Origin: a virus | Taxonomy: Duplodnaviria; Caudoviricetes | Reading direction: 5' to 3' (one strand) | Length of the DNA: 64,000 nucleotides | IMG/VR virus record: IMGVR_UViG_3300047157_000186 | Shown here: one piece after another, positions 38,184 to 47,724 of the stretch | Layout of the letters: each line of letters starts with the position of its first letter | Numbering within the stretch: position 1 is the stretch's first letter | The notes under the pieces: model-generated | Told to the model about the DNA's origin: nothing | Databases searched by the model: none | The model's input: the letters and a program-made list of their open reading frames with translations, nothing else | Made by a program: the position numbers and the translations under genes

Positions 38184-39452
38184 ATGGCACAATTAAAAGT
38201 AAAACAAATTTCTGATTTCGTATCTGCAGTTGCGGCTGTACATAACGGAGCAATCGGAACGGATACCGTAACGGGTATTTCAGTTGCAAAATCTGAAGCA
38301 ATTTCATCTGCAGTTTCTGCGGATGTTGTAATTCTTTCTTCTGCAAAGTCTTACGCTGACGTTGCTGAAGCTGACGCAATTTCTACTGCTGCTGGTGATG
38401 CAACAACAAAAGCTGACGCTGCATTAGCATCTGCTAAAACTTACGCTGATCAAGCTGAACTAGATGCTGAAGCTGAAGCTGGAAGATTGGATGCAATCGT
38501 TCTTTCTTCTGCAAAGTCTTACGCTGATGTTGCTGAAGCTGATGCAATTACTGAAGCTGGAAGATTAGATGCTGTAGTTCTTTCTTCTGCAAAGTCTCAC
38601 TCTAACTTACAAAAAGATAGAATTGATGCATTATTATTGGATTCTGACTCTACGTTAGATACATTTGCTGAGATTAAGTCTTTCGTAGATGGATTAGACA
38701 CTAGTGATGTTGACGGATTATCTGCTGCAATTTCAACAGGTGATTCTACAGCAATTTCAACTGCAGTTTCTGCGGATGCTGTTGTTCTTTCTTCTGCTAA
38801 GTCTTACGCTGACGTTGCTGAAGCTGACGCAATTTCTGCTGCTGGAACAGCTGCTGTAAATTACGCTGATGGTTTAGCTGGAAACTATGATGCTGCTGGC
38901 TCTGCCGCTGCTGCATTAGCTTCTGCTAAAACTTATGCTGACACTGCTGAATCAGATGCAATCGCTTCTGCTAATACTGAAGCTGCAAGATTAGATGTAA
39001 TCGTTCTTTCTTCTGCTAAGTCTTACGCTGACGTTGCTGAAGCTGACGCTGTATCTACTGCTGCTGCTGATGCAACATCAAAAGCTAACGCTGCACAATC
39101 TGCTGCTGAAACAAATGCTGCTGCTGATGCAACATCAAAAGCAAACAGTGCATTAGTTGATGGAAAGTCTTACACTGATGGTAGAGAAACTAGTATTTTA
39201 TCTACATTAAGAGGTGAAATTTCTGGACTTGCTGGAACTGATAAGCTTGAGCAAACTGGAACATTTGGTAGTACAACTACGTTTAGTGTTGCAACTGAAA
39301 TCGACTTAGACAATGACGATATCTTAGTATTCGTTAACGGTTTACAGATTACAGATTACACAACTACAGATGGTGAAAACTTCACTGTTTCTGGTTTAGG
39401 TTATGACTTAGAAAACTCTGATGACATTATCGTTATCGGTGTTGCTGAGTAA
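38184..39452 (+). CDS. Ala-rich repetitive coiled-coil fibre protein
   Basis: Repeats VLSSAKSYADVAEADA; N-terminal QLKVKQI motif shared with the 41467 ORF. Confidence 0.7.
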   Translation: MAQLKVKQISDFVSAVAAVHNGAIGTDTVTGISVAKSEAISSAVSADVVILSSAKSYADVAEADAISTAAGDATTKADAALASAKTYADQAELDAEAEAGRLDAIVLSSAKSYADVAEADAITEAGRLDAVVLSSAKSHSNLQKDRIDALLLDSDSTLDTFAEIKSFVDGLDTSDVDGLSAAISTGDSTAISTAVSADAVVLSSAKSYADVAEADAISAAGTAAVNYADGLAGNYDAAGSAAAALASAKTYADTAESDAIASANTEAARLDVIVLSSAKSYADVAEADAVSTAAADATSKANAAQSAAETNAAADATSKANSALVDGKSYTDGRETSILSTLRGEISGLAGTDKLEQTGTFGSTTTFSVATEIDLDNDDILVFVNGLQITDYTTTDGENFTVSGLGYDLENSDDIIVIGVAE

Positions 39453-39493
39453 TAACTCAATCTACAATACTTAATTTAAGTATTAATTATTTT

Positions 39494-39523
39494 AAAGGCT
39501 CGCCCAATCGGGCGGGCCTTTTT
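39494..39523 (+). terminator. Rho-independent terminator
   Basis: AAAGGCTCGCCC-AATC-GGGCGGGCCTTT-TT. Confidence 0.85.
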
Positions 39524-39560
39524 AATTAAATCTAATATATAATAAAAACCAAATATCGAT

Positions 39561-40772
39561 ATGAACATAGGAATTACTATAAGCTTAGGGTCAGAGAATG
39601 AAAGTCTTTGGATAAATGGTATAAAGTTAAACGCACTTTATTTATTAAAAGCCCTGAAAGAAATAGGATATAATGCATATTTATTAAATGCAAGTGAGGT
39701 CAAAGCTCCTTATGAAAACAAAGTAACATGGGACATTGAACAATTTCCAATATATGATTATTATGACAAGTATGCAGATACAGATCTTATGATTTGGTTG
39801 GGTGCAACTTATGGAGATAAAACTATAGAAGAGTTCAAGAAAACTGGTTATGGTAAAAAGGTAGTCAAGTATATTTGTGGTAATAATTATATGAATGATT
39901 TAGAAGGTTCTATGTTTAATAGTGGGCCAAATGCTACAGGATATAATCAATTATTAGATGAAGCGTGGTATGTTCCACAGCAAGGAGAATTAAACATTGA
40001 ATATTATAGAGTAATGCACAATTTACCAGCAAATAAAGTAAGGCCAGTTCCTTTTATATGGGATCCTATATTTTTAGATGATACTTGTCAAGTCTATAAT
40101 AACCCAAAAACAGTAATTGAAAATAGACCAATTCCAGTGTATGTTCCTGGAAAAGAAAATAAAGACAAACAAATTGCATGTTTTGAACCTAATATTGGCA
40201 CACAAAAATGGCACTTTATAAATTTATTAATAGCAGAAGAGTATCATAATAATGGAGGTAAATTTAAAAAATTAAATATCATGTGCGGCGAAGACATGTT
40301 AAAAAACAAATATTATCAATCTTTATTAACTCACCTTTCATTGTATAAATTATCAGGAACAAAAGATCATAAGCTATCATATCTTCCTAGATTAAGGGCT
40401 ATTGATGCCATGGCACAATTAACAGATATAGTTATTGCACATCAATATGACAATCCATTAAATTATTCATATTTAGATGCACTCTATTTACAGTTTCCAT
40501 TAGTACATAACGCAACTATGATTAAAGACGCCGGATATTATTATGATGGTAATTTAATTGGACAGGGTTCTCGACAACTTAAACAGGCTATCGAAAATCA
40601 TGACAATAACATAGAATCATATAATGAAAATAGTGAAAGAGTTTTAACTAGATATACTGTGTTTAATGATGGTTTAATAGAAACTTATAAACAATTAATT
40701 GAAACTACAATGGGAATTAAAGATCATAAATTAAGTGCTATGTATGATTGGAAAACAAATCTATATAAGTAA
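39561..40772 (+). CDS. DUF2827-family protein (putative glycosyltransferase)
   Basis: IGIT...S.W.NG..N, PFIWDP, FEPNI, AHQYDNPLNY.Y.D.L, PLVHN..M....GYYY. Confidence 0.7.
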   Translation: MNIGITISLGSENESLWINGIKLNALYLLKALKEIGYNAYLLNASEVKAPYENKVTWDIEQFPIYDYYDKYADTDLMIWLGATYGDKTIEEFKKTGYGKKVVKYICGNNYMNDLEGSMFNSGPNATGYNQLLDEAWYVPQQGELNIEYYRVMHNLPANKVRPVPFIWDPIFLDDTCQVYNNPKTVIENRPIPVYVPGKENKDKQIACFEPNIGTQKWHFINLLIAEEYHNNGGKFKKLNIMCGEDMLKNKYYQSLLTHLSLYKLSGTKDHKLSYLPRLRAIDAMAQLTDIVIAHQYDNPLNYSYLDALYLQFPLVHNATMIKDAGYYYDGNLIGQGSRQLKQAIENHDNNIESYNENSERVLTRYTVFNDGLIETYKQLIETTMGIKDHKLSAMYDWKTNLYK

Positions 40773-40775
40773 CAT

Positions 40776-41381
40776 ATGTCTATTGATCCTAACAAAATAA
40801 TTTTTAAAAGATTAATTAGAGAGTATGAATTTTTATTAGAAGATTTAGAAGATATAAAAACTGCTAATTCTGAAATAAAAAATAAATTTATGCAAGAACT
40901 TTCAGAGATTGATAATGATGGTATATTAGAATCTGAAGAAATGGAAACAGCTGCAGATTCATGGGCAAGTAGCAAGAAAGAAGAAGAGTCTTTAGAAAAA
41001 GAAACTAATAAACACCCAGATTTTAAAAAATTATTTAGAAAGGCGGTTGTAAAATGCCACCCTGATAAATTAACACAAGATATTACTCAAGATAAAAAAG
41101 ATAAATACAAAAAGATATATGAGGATTTGGTAGATGCCAATGAAACTGAAGATTGGGCAAGTTTAATAACATGTGCAGTTAAATTAGAAATAGAATTACC
41201 TTCTTCGGCATATGATCAAATTAAATCTATAGAAAAAAGTATATTAAAACTAAAAAATAAACAAGAAAATATATTAAACTCAACACCATGGAACTGGTAT
41301 AAAACGATAAACAATGATTCAAAATTAGATATATTAAAACAGCATCTTAATTTTATGTCATTATTAACACGAAAAAAATAA
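40776..41381 (+). CDS. Coiled-coil protein with internal J-domain-like HPD motif
   Basis: KKLFRKAVVKCHPDKL. Confidence 0.6.
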   Translation: MSIDPNKIIFKRLIREYEFLLEDLEDIKTANSEIKNKFMQELSEIDNDGILESEEMETAADSWASSKKEEESLEKETNKHPDFKKLFRKAVVKCHPDKLTQDITQDKKDKYKKIYEDLVDANETEDWASLITCAVKLEIELPSSAYDQIKSIEKSILKLKNKQENILNSTPWNWYKTINNDSKLDILKQHLNFMSLLTRKK

Positions 41382-41466
41382 TTTTTTTTGTTAGTTTTTC
41401 CCAGGGACTAATAAGTTGGTACATTAACAAGATATATAATATAACGTAAAAAAGAATAAATCATTC

Positions 41467-44190
41467 ATGTCTCAATTGAAACTAAAACAAATACTTGACT
41501 TTTTATCTTCTTCACCAACAACAGGTGAGGTATTGTCATATAATTCAAGTACCGGAAAGTATGAAAACCAACAATTACCAAACACGTTTGGTCTTCCTTA
41601 TGTTTATAATAGCGCAACAAATCCCACGACAGTTTCTTCTGGTGATTTAGCGTTTGATAATCCTAGTAATCCTAGTAAAATAATTATAAGTGAAACTAAT
41701 GCTAGAGGTGGTTCTGCAACTGTAACATTAAATGCTGCAGTCGCTTCATCGAATAATTATAAATCTATTATTGTATTAGCAAAATCAACTGACGGTAATG
41801 CAAATAAATCATTCTATGTAACAGGAAACACAACTGCTTCTGGACAAAGAACATTTAGCTTACAACCTATTTCAAGTTCTAATTGGAACAATGTTAGTGA
41901 TAATGATTCTTTGTTTATGTTTATCCAACCTATCGGTGATGTTGGAACATCAGGAACTTCAGGATCAAATGGTTCAAGTGGAAGTTCAGGAACTAATGGA
42001 ACGAGCGGTGTAAGTGGAACTTCAGGTTCTTCAGGAACTAATGGATCAAGTGGATCTTCAGGAACTAATGGAACTTCAGGAACTGATGGAACTAGCGGAT
42101 CTTCAGGTTCAAGTGGAAGTTCAGGAACAGATGGAACTTCAGGAACGAATGGAACTTCAGGTACTAATGGATCAAGTGGATCTTCAGGAACTGATGGAAC
42201 AAGTGGAGTTAAAGGTGATCAAGGTGATAATTATAGTGGAGCAACTTTATCTGGGAATAATTTAATATTGACGCATTCTGTCAATGGAGCTGAAAATGTA
42301 GGTAGAGTAGTATATGTTGGAACTTCAGGAACTGATGGTTCAAGCGGAAGTTCAGGTTCAAGCGGATCTTCAGGAATTACAGGTACAATTGCAGTAGGAA
42401 CAGTATCTACTGGTTTAGAAAATACTCCAGTAAGTGTTACTAATACTGGAACATCAACTGCAGCAGAATTTGATTTTACTATTCCTGTTGGTGCAACTGG
42501 AGCAAAAGGTGCTCCTGGAACTCCAGCTATTAATGGAACTAGTGGATCTTCTGGATCTAGTGGTGTTAAAGGAGACAAAGGAGCTCCAGGTACAAGTGGT
42601 ACTGATGGAACTTCAGGAACTAACGGAAGTTCAGGAACTGACGGTTCAAGTGGAAGTTCAGGTTCAAGTGGAAGTTCAGGAACTGATGGAACTTCAGGAA
42701 CGAATGGAACTTCAGGAACGAATGGAACTTCAGGAACTGATGGATCAAGTGGTTCTTCTGGAACTGATGGAAGTTCAGGAACTGACGGAACTTCAGGAAC
42801 GAATGGAACTTCAGGAACGAATGGAACTAGCGGATCTTCAGGTTCAAGTGGAAGTTCAGGTACTGATGGAACTTCAGGAACTAATGGAACTTCAGGAACG
42901 AATGGAACTAGTGGAACTAATGGAAGTTCAGGTTCTTCAGGAACTGACGGAACTAGTGGAACTAACGGAAGTTCAGGAACTGATGGAACTTCTGGTACAA
43001 ATGGTACAAGTGGAACGAATGGAACAAACGGAAGTTCAGGTTCTTCAGGAACAAATGGAACAAACGGATCTTCAGGATCAAGTGGATCTTCAGGTGCACA
43101 AGGTAATCCAGGTTGGGGTGTTTCAATGCAAGGACAAGTAGCTACATCATCAAATTTACCAACATCTGGTAATTCAGATGGTGATGCATATATAGTACAA
43201 TCAGACGATTCTCTTTGGGTATTTACACAAGCAGACGGTTGGATTGGCGGTGGTTCTATTCAAGGACCAGCTGGTTCTTCAGGAACTAATGGAACAAATG
43301 GAAGTTCAGGTTCTTCAGGAACTGATGGAACTTCAGGATCAAGTGGAAGTTCAGGTACTGATGGAACTTCAGGAACGAATGGAACAAGTGGAACTGATGG
43401 AACTTCAGGATCAAGTGGATCAAGTGGAAGTTCAGGTACTGATGGAACTTCAGGAACGAATGGAACAAGTGGTACTGATGGAACTTCAGGATCAAGTGGA
43501 TCAAGTGGAAGTTCAGGTACTGACGGAACCTCAGGAACGAATGGAACTTCAGGTTCTTCAGGAACTGATGGAACAAGTGGAACTAATGGAACTTCAGGAT
43601 CAAGTGGATCAAGCGGAACTTCAGGAACGAATGGAACTAGTGGAACGAATGGAACTTCAGGAACGAATGGAACTTCAGGAACGAATGGAACTTCAGGTTC
43701 TTCAGGAACGAATGGAACAAACGGATCTTCTGGATCGAGTGGTTCTTCAGGTTCTTCAGGTCTAAAAGGTAATACTGGTACTTCTAATACCTATGCAACT
43801 GCGATGAATCAACATACAAAAACAGATTCAAATGTTGAGCATCATGATTTATATTTAACAGGTGCTTTAAAAAGAGATTTTATATCTGTTAACGGTGTTG
43901 GCGGTGTTTATGACATCAAACCTGATCAAGGTGACGCATTCGTATTTACAGCAACTGGTTTAATTGATATCACAATGTCTAATATAGGTTCTGACAACGT
44001 AGGTCAATCTGGAACTATAGTAATCATAAACGGTGCAGGTGCAGGATACAATGCATTACCATCTTATATGAAAACACCTTCAGGTGCTGACATTCAATGG
44101 GTAACTACTCAAGGTGCAGTATCTATTATATCGTATATTATAATAGATGTTGACGCTGTATTAGTTAACTACATTGGAAATTTTGCGTAA
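41467..44190 (+). CDS. 907-aa Gly-Ser/Thr collagen-like fibre protein
   Basis: [12 protein letters not shown] triplets; knot module GDAYIVQSDDSLW; N-terminal QLKLKQI. Confidence 0.8.
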   Translation: MSQLKLKQILDFLSSSPTTGEVLSYNSSTGKYENQQLPNTFGLPYVYNSATNPTTVSSGDLAFDNPSNPSKIIISETNARGGSATVTLNAAVASSNNYKSIIVLAKSTDGNANKSFYVTGNTTASGQRTFSLQPISSSNWNNVSDNDSLFMFIQPIGDVGTSGTSGSNGSSGSSGTNGTSGVSGTSGSSGTNGSSGSSGTNGTSGTDGTSGSSGSSGSSGTDGTSGTNGTSGTNGSSGSSGTDGTSGVKGDQGDNYSGATLSGNNLILTHSVNGAENVGRVVYVGTSGTDGSSGSSGSSGSSGITGTIAVGTVSTGLENTPVSVTNTGTSTAAEFDFTIPVGATGAKGAPGTPAINGTSGSSGSSGVKGDKGAPGTSGTDGTSGTNGSSGTDGSSGSSGSSGSSGTDGTSGTNGTSGTNGTSGTDGSSGSSGTDGSSGTDGTSGTNGTSGTNGTSGSSGSSGSSGTDGTSGTNGTSGTNGTSGTNGSSGSSGTDGTSGTNGSSGTDGTSGTNGTSGTNGTNGSSGSSGTNGTNGSSGSSGSSGAQGNPGWGVSMQGQVATSSNLPTSGNSDGDAYIVQSDDSLWVFTQADGWIGGGSIQGPAGSSGTNGTNGSSGSSGTDGTSGSSGSSGTDGTSGTNGTSGTDGTSGSSGSSGSSGTDGTSGTNGTSGTDGTSGSSGSSGSSGTDGTSGTNGTSGSSGTDGTSGTNGTSGSSGSSGTSGTNGTSGTNGTSGTNGTSGTNGTSGSSGTNGTNGSSGSSGSSGSSGLKGNTGTSNTYATAMNQHTKTDSNVEHHDLYLTGALKRDFISVNGVGGVYDIKPDQGDAFVFTATGLIDITMSNIGSDNVGQSGTIVIINGAGAGYNALPSYMKTPSGADIQWVTTQGAVSIISYIIIDVDAVLVNYIGNFA

Positions 44191-44215
44191 TAATAGAATA
44201 AATTAGAGGAACAAT

Positions 44216-47200
44216 ATGAAGAATATAGGATTTTCAAGAATCGACTTTTGGAGTACCGGAAGTGCACAGAATACATCTAAGGGTACACTTGTAGCTAAGA
44301 ATACTACTTGGGCTACTTCTAAAACTACATCTGAAAATAGAAATACTTCGAGAACTACTGAAAAGGTACGTAATACTAGTCAATCTACAACAACAACGTG
44401 GATAACTACATGGTCAACTAGTAAATCAACTACAACAACTTTCAATACATCTCGTAGTACTAGTACTGTATATGCAACTTCAAGATCAACGACAACATCA
44501 TGGACAACATCATGGAACACATCTAGAGAAACATCTTTAGAAACTGATAGAACTACAACAACAACATGGTCGACTTCTAAAAACACGTCGCAATCAACTG
44601 AGAGAACTACAACTACTACATGGACAACTAGTTGGACAACTAGTCAATCTACATTGTACCCTGTTGAAACTACTTGGAACACAAGTCAATCCACATCTAG
44701 AACGACAACTACAGTATACACTACATATTGGACCACTTCTTGGAATACAAGTAAATCAACGATTACTTCTTATATTACTACATATACAACAACGTGGTCA
44801 ACTACTAGAGCTACGACAACGTCATATAATACAACTTGGACAACTAGTAAATCGACAACTAGATCTACTAGTCGTGACACTACAACAACTTTTAATACAA
44901 ATCAGTCAACGTCTAGAAGCACAACGACTGTATATAATACAACTTGGATTACAAGTCAGACAACGTCTAGAAGTACTGAACATTCAACAATAACTAAATT
45001 TAGTACAAGTCAGTCAACGTCTCATTCGACAACGACCGTATATAATACAACTTGGATTACAAGTCAGACAACAAGTAGAGGAACAGAACATTCGACAACG
45101 ACTACGTTTAATACAAGTCAGTCAACTACTAAATCTACGACGACTACATTTACAACAACATGGTCAACTAGCAAATCAACTTCTAGATCTACTACTAAAT
45201 CGACAACGACAACGTTTAATACAAACCAATCGACAAGTAGATCCACTAAAACAACATGGACTACTACTTGGTCGACTAGTAAATCAACATCTAAAGGAAC
45301 TACAAGAAATACCACAACAACATGGGTAACAAGTAGACCAACTGAACATACAACGACAACTACATTTAATACGACGTGGTCAACTAGTAAATCGACAACT
45401 ACTACTTTTAACACTACATGGAAAACTTCATGGAACACAACTAGAAGTACTAATCGTTCTACAACAACTACATTCAATACTAGTCAATCAACTTCGCATT
45501 CTACAACAACTGCGTGGACAACTACTTGGGTGACAAGTCAAGGAACTAGTAGAGAAACAAGTAAGAATACAACAACTAGATTTATTACTAGTAGAAGTAC
45601 AGAACATGTCACTACTACGACGTTTAATACAACATGGGCAACTAGTAAATCTACTACAACTTCATGGACTACAACTTTTGGTACAACTTTCAATACAACT
45701 AGATCTACTAATAAAAGTACAACGACTACGTTTAATACAACATGGTCAACTAGTAGAGCAACAACAACTTCATGGACAACTTCATGGAACACAACTGTAC
45801 TGACTTCCAGATCTACTTATAAAAACACAACGACTACGTTTAATACAACATGGTCAACTAGCAGATCGACAACGACAACGTTTAATACGACTAGATCAAC
45901 TACGACTACATTTAATACAAGTCAATCAACTAATAAGAATACAACAACTAGTTGGAATACGACTAGATCAACGACAACGACTTGGAACACAACTAGGGCT
46001 ACGACGACTGTATATAATACATCATGGAATACAACTAAGTCAACGACGACTACGTTCAATACAACTAGGTCAACAACAACGACGTTTAATACAAATAAGT
46101 CAACGACAACTGTATTTAATACATCTTGGAATACAACTAGATCTACTACAACTACATTTGCAACCAGTAAATCGACAACAACAACATTTGTAACTAGTAG
46201 AGGTACAGAACATTCGACAACAACAACTTATAATACAACTAGATCTACATCAACTAGTTGGAATACAACTAAGTCAACAACGACTGTGTATAATACTTCA
46301 TGGAATACAACTAAGTCAACGACAACAACGTTTTCAACTAGTAAATCGACGACAACAACGTTTTCAACTAGCCAATCAACTAATAAGAATACGACAACAA
46401 CGTTTAATACGACTAGATCTACATTAACTACATGGATTACAAGTAGATCAACTGAACGTGTGACAACAACAACATGGAATACAACGCGTTCAACAACGAC
46501 TACGTTTAATACAACGCGTTCAACAACGACTACGTTTGCAACTAGTAAATCTACAACGACTACGTTTAATACATCTTGGAATACAAGTAAGAATACAACA
46601 ACAACGTTTGCAACGAGTAAATCCACTAGAACTACTTGGACAACTTCATGGAACACTGCGCGAAATACAACGACAACATGGAATACAACTAAGTCAACGA
46701 CAACTACGTTTGCAACAAGTAGAGGTACATCACGTGCTACGACAACAACATGGATAACTAGTAAGAATACAACGACAACGTTTGCAACTAGTAAATCTAC
46801 AACGACAACGTTTGCAACTAGTAAATCTACGACAACAACATATAAAACAAGTTGGAATACTGCAATATCAACGACAACAACATTTGCCACGTCTAGAGTA
46901 ACTGATAGAAATACTAGTAAATCGACAACAACAACGTTTAATACTGGATACTCTAGATCAACAACTAAATCAACATCATGGAGTACATTAGTTCCTGCAG
47001 ATAATAGTTCAGGTGGAGGTGCAGGTGTTTTGACTTATTGGAACACAACAGTTACATATAACACATCTTTTTCAACCGCGTTATACGTCAATACATCTAG
47101 AGGAACTTCTAGAAACACTGTTGAAGAATGTATAGTTGAAGGAACACTAGTTCATATTGCCGAAGGTGAACAAAGACTAGTTGAAACTTTAGTACATGGT

Positions 47201-47665
47201 CAAAGTATTTTAACTATGGATGGATCGTTTAATGTAGATAACGTTAGTGATTTAAGTCTTATCAGAGAAGAAGAAGTATACACGAATTCATTATCTAATG
47301 AACATACTGCTGTAAATATTTGGAGAGCAGATGTTATAGGAACGGTTAATATAAATGACGGACAATTAAGAACTACCATGGGACACATACACATCATAAA
47401 AAGAGATGGTGAGTGGCAAGCAAGGACAGCGGATCAGTTAGAAATTGGTGATGTTATGTTTAAGCTTGACTATGGAGAATTTTTGATAGAGTCTTTAGAA
47501 ATGGATGAAGTTAATCAATATACAGTTTATAAATTAGACGTAGAACCTAACGATACATTCTTTGCAAATGGAATTTTAACACATAATAAAAAAGATGCAT
47601 TATGTTCACACGAGGATAAATGTACGCGAGGGCATCCATGTGAGGATAGATTTTACCCTTGTTAA
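44216..47665 (+). CDS. 1149-aa Thr-rich repeat protein with C-terminal Hint domain and Cys-rich tail
   Basis: TTT(F/W)NT(S/T)(R/K)ST repeats; Hint CIVEGT (47129), TMGH, YKLDVE, THN (47587), then a 25-aa tail with 4 Cys. Confidence 0.8.
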   Translation: MKNIGFSRIDFWSTGSAQNTSKGTLVAKNTTWATSKTTSENRNTSRTTEKVRNTSQSTTTTWITTWSTSKSTTTTFNTSRSTSTVYATSRSTTTSWTTSWNTSRETSLETDRTTTTTWSTSKNTSQSTERTTTTTWTTSWTTSQSTLYPVETTWNTSQSTSRTTTTVYTTYWTTSWNTSKSTITSYITTYTTTWSTTRATTTSYNTTWTTSKSTTRSTSRDTTTTFNTNQSTSRSTTTVYNTTWITSQTTSRSTEHSTITKFSTSQSTSHSTTTVYNTTWITSQTTSRGTEHSTTTTFNTSQSTTKSTTTTFTTTWSTSKSTSRSTTKSTTTTFNTNQSTSRSTKTTWTTTWSTSKSTSKGTTRNTTTTWVTSRPTEHTTTTTFNTTWSTSKSTTTTFNTTWKTSWNTTRSTNRSTTTTFNTSQSTSHSTTTAWTTTWVTSQGTSRETSKNTTTRFITSRSTEHVTTTTFNTTWATSKSTTTSWTTTFGTTFNTTRSTNKSTTTTFNTTWSTSRATTTSWTTSWNTTVLTSRSTYKNTTTTFNTTWSTSRSTTTTFNTTRSTTTTFNTSQSTNKNTTTSWNTTRSTTTTWNTTRATTTVYNTSWNTTKSTTTTFNTTRSTTTTFNTNKSTTTVFNTSWNTTRSTTTTFATSKSTTTTFVTSRGTEHSTTTTYNTTRSTSTSWNTTKSTTTVYNTSWNTTKSTTTTFSTSKSTTTTFSTSQSTNKNTTTTFNTTRSTLTTWITSRSTERVTTTTWNTTRSTTTTFNTTRSTTTTFATSKSTTTTFNTSWNTSKNTTTTFATSKSTRTTWTTSWNTARNTTTTWNTTKSTTTTFATSRGTSRATTTTWITSKNTTTTFATSKSTTTTFATSKSTTTTYKTSWNTAISTTTTFATSRVTDRNTSKSTTTTFNTGYSRSTTKSTSWSTLVPADNSSGGGAGVLTYWNTTVTYNTSFSTALYVNTSRGTSRNTVEECIVEGTLVHIAEGEQRLVETLVHGQSILTMDGSFNVDNVSDLSLIREEEVYTNSLSNEHTAVNIWRADVIGTVNINDGQLRTTMGHIHIIKRDGEWQARTADQLEIGDVMFKLDYGEFLIESLEMDEVNQYTVYKLDVEPNDTFFANGILTHNKKDALCSHEDKCTRGHPCEDRFYPC

Positions 47666-47724
47666 TAGAGAATAATCTAGAAGATAAAGAAATGAAATAT
47701 ATAAAAAAATAACAGAGATAGAAA

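Noticed and set aside
10346-47587. Canonical splicing inteins or homing elements
   Set aside because: Both Hint domains are near-terminal, lack an endonuclease and have Arg/Lys instead of Cys/Ser/Thr at +1.
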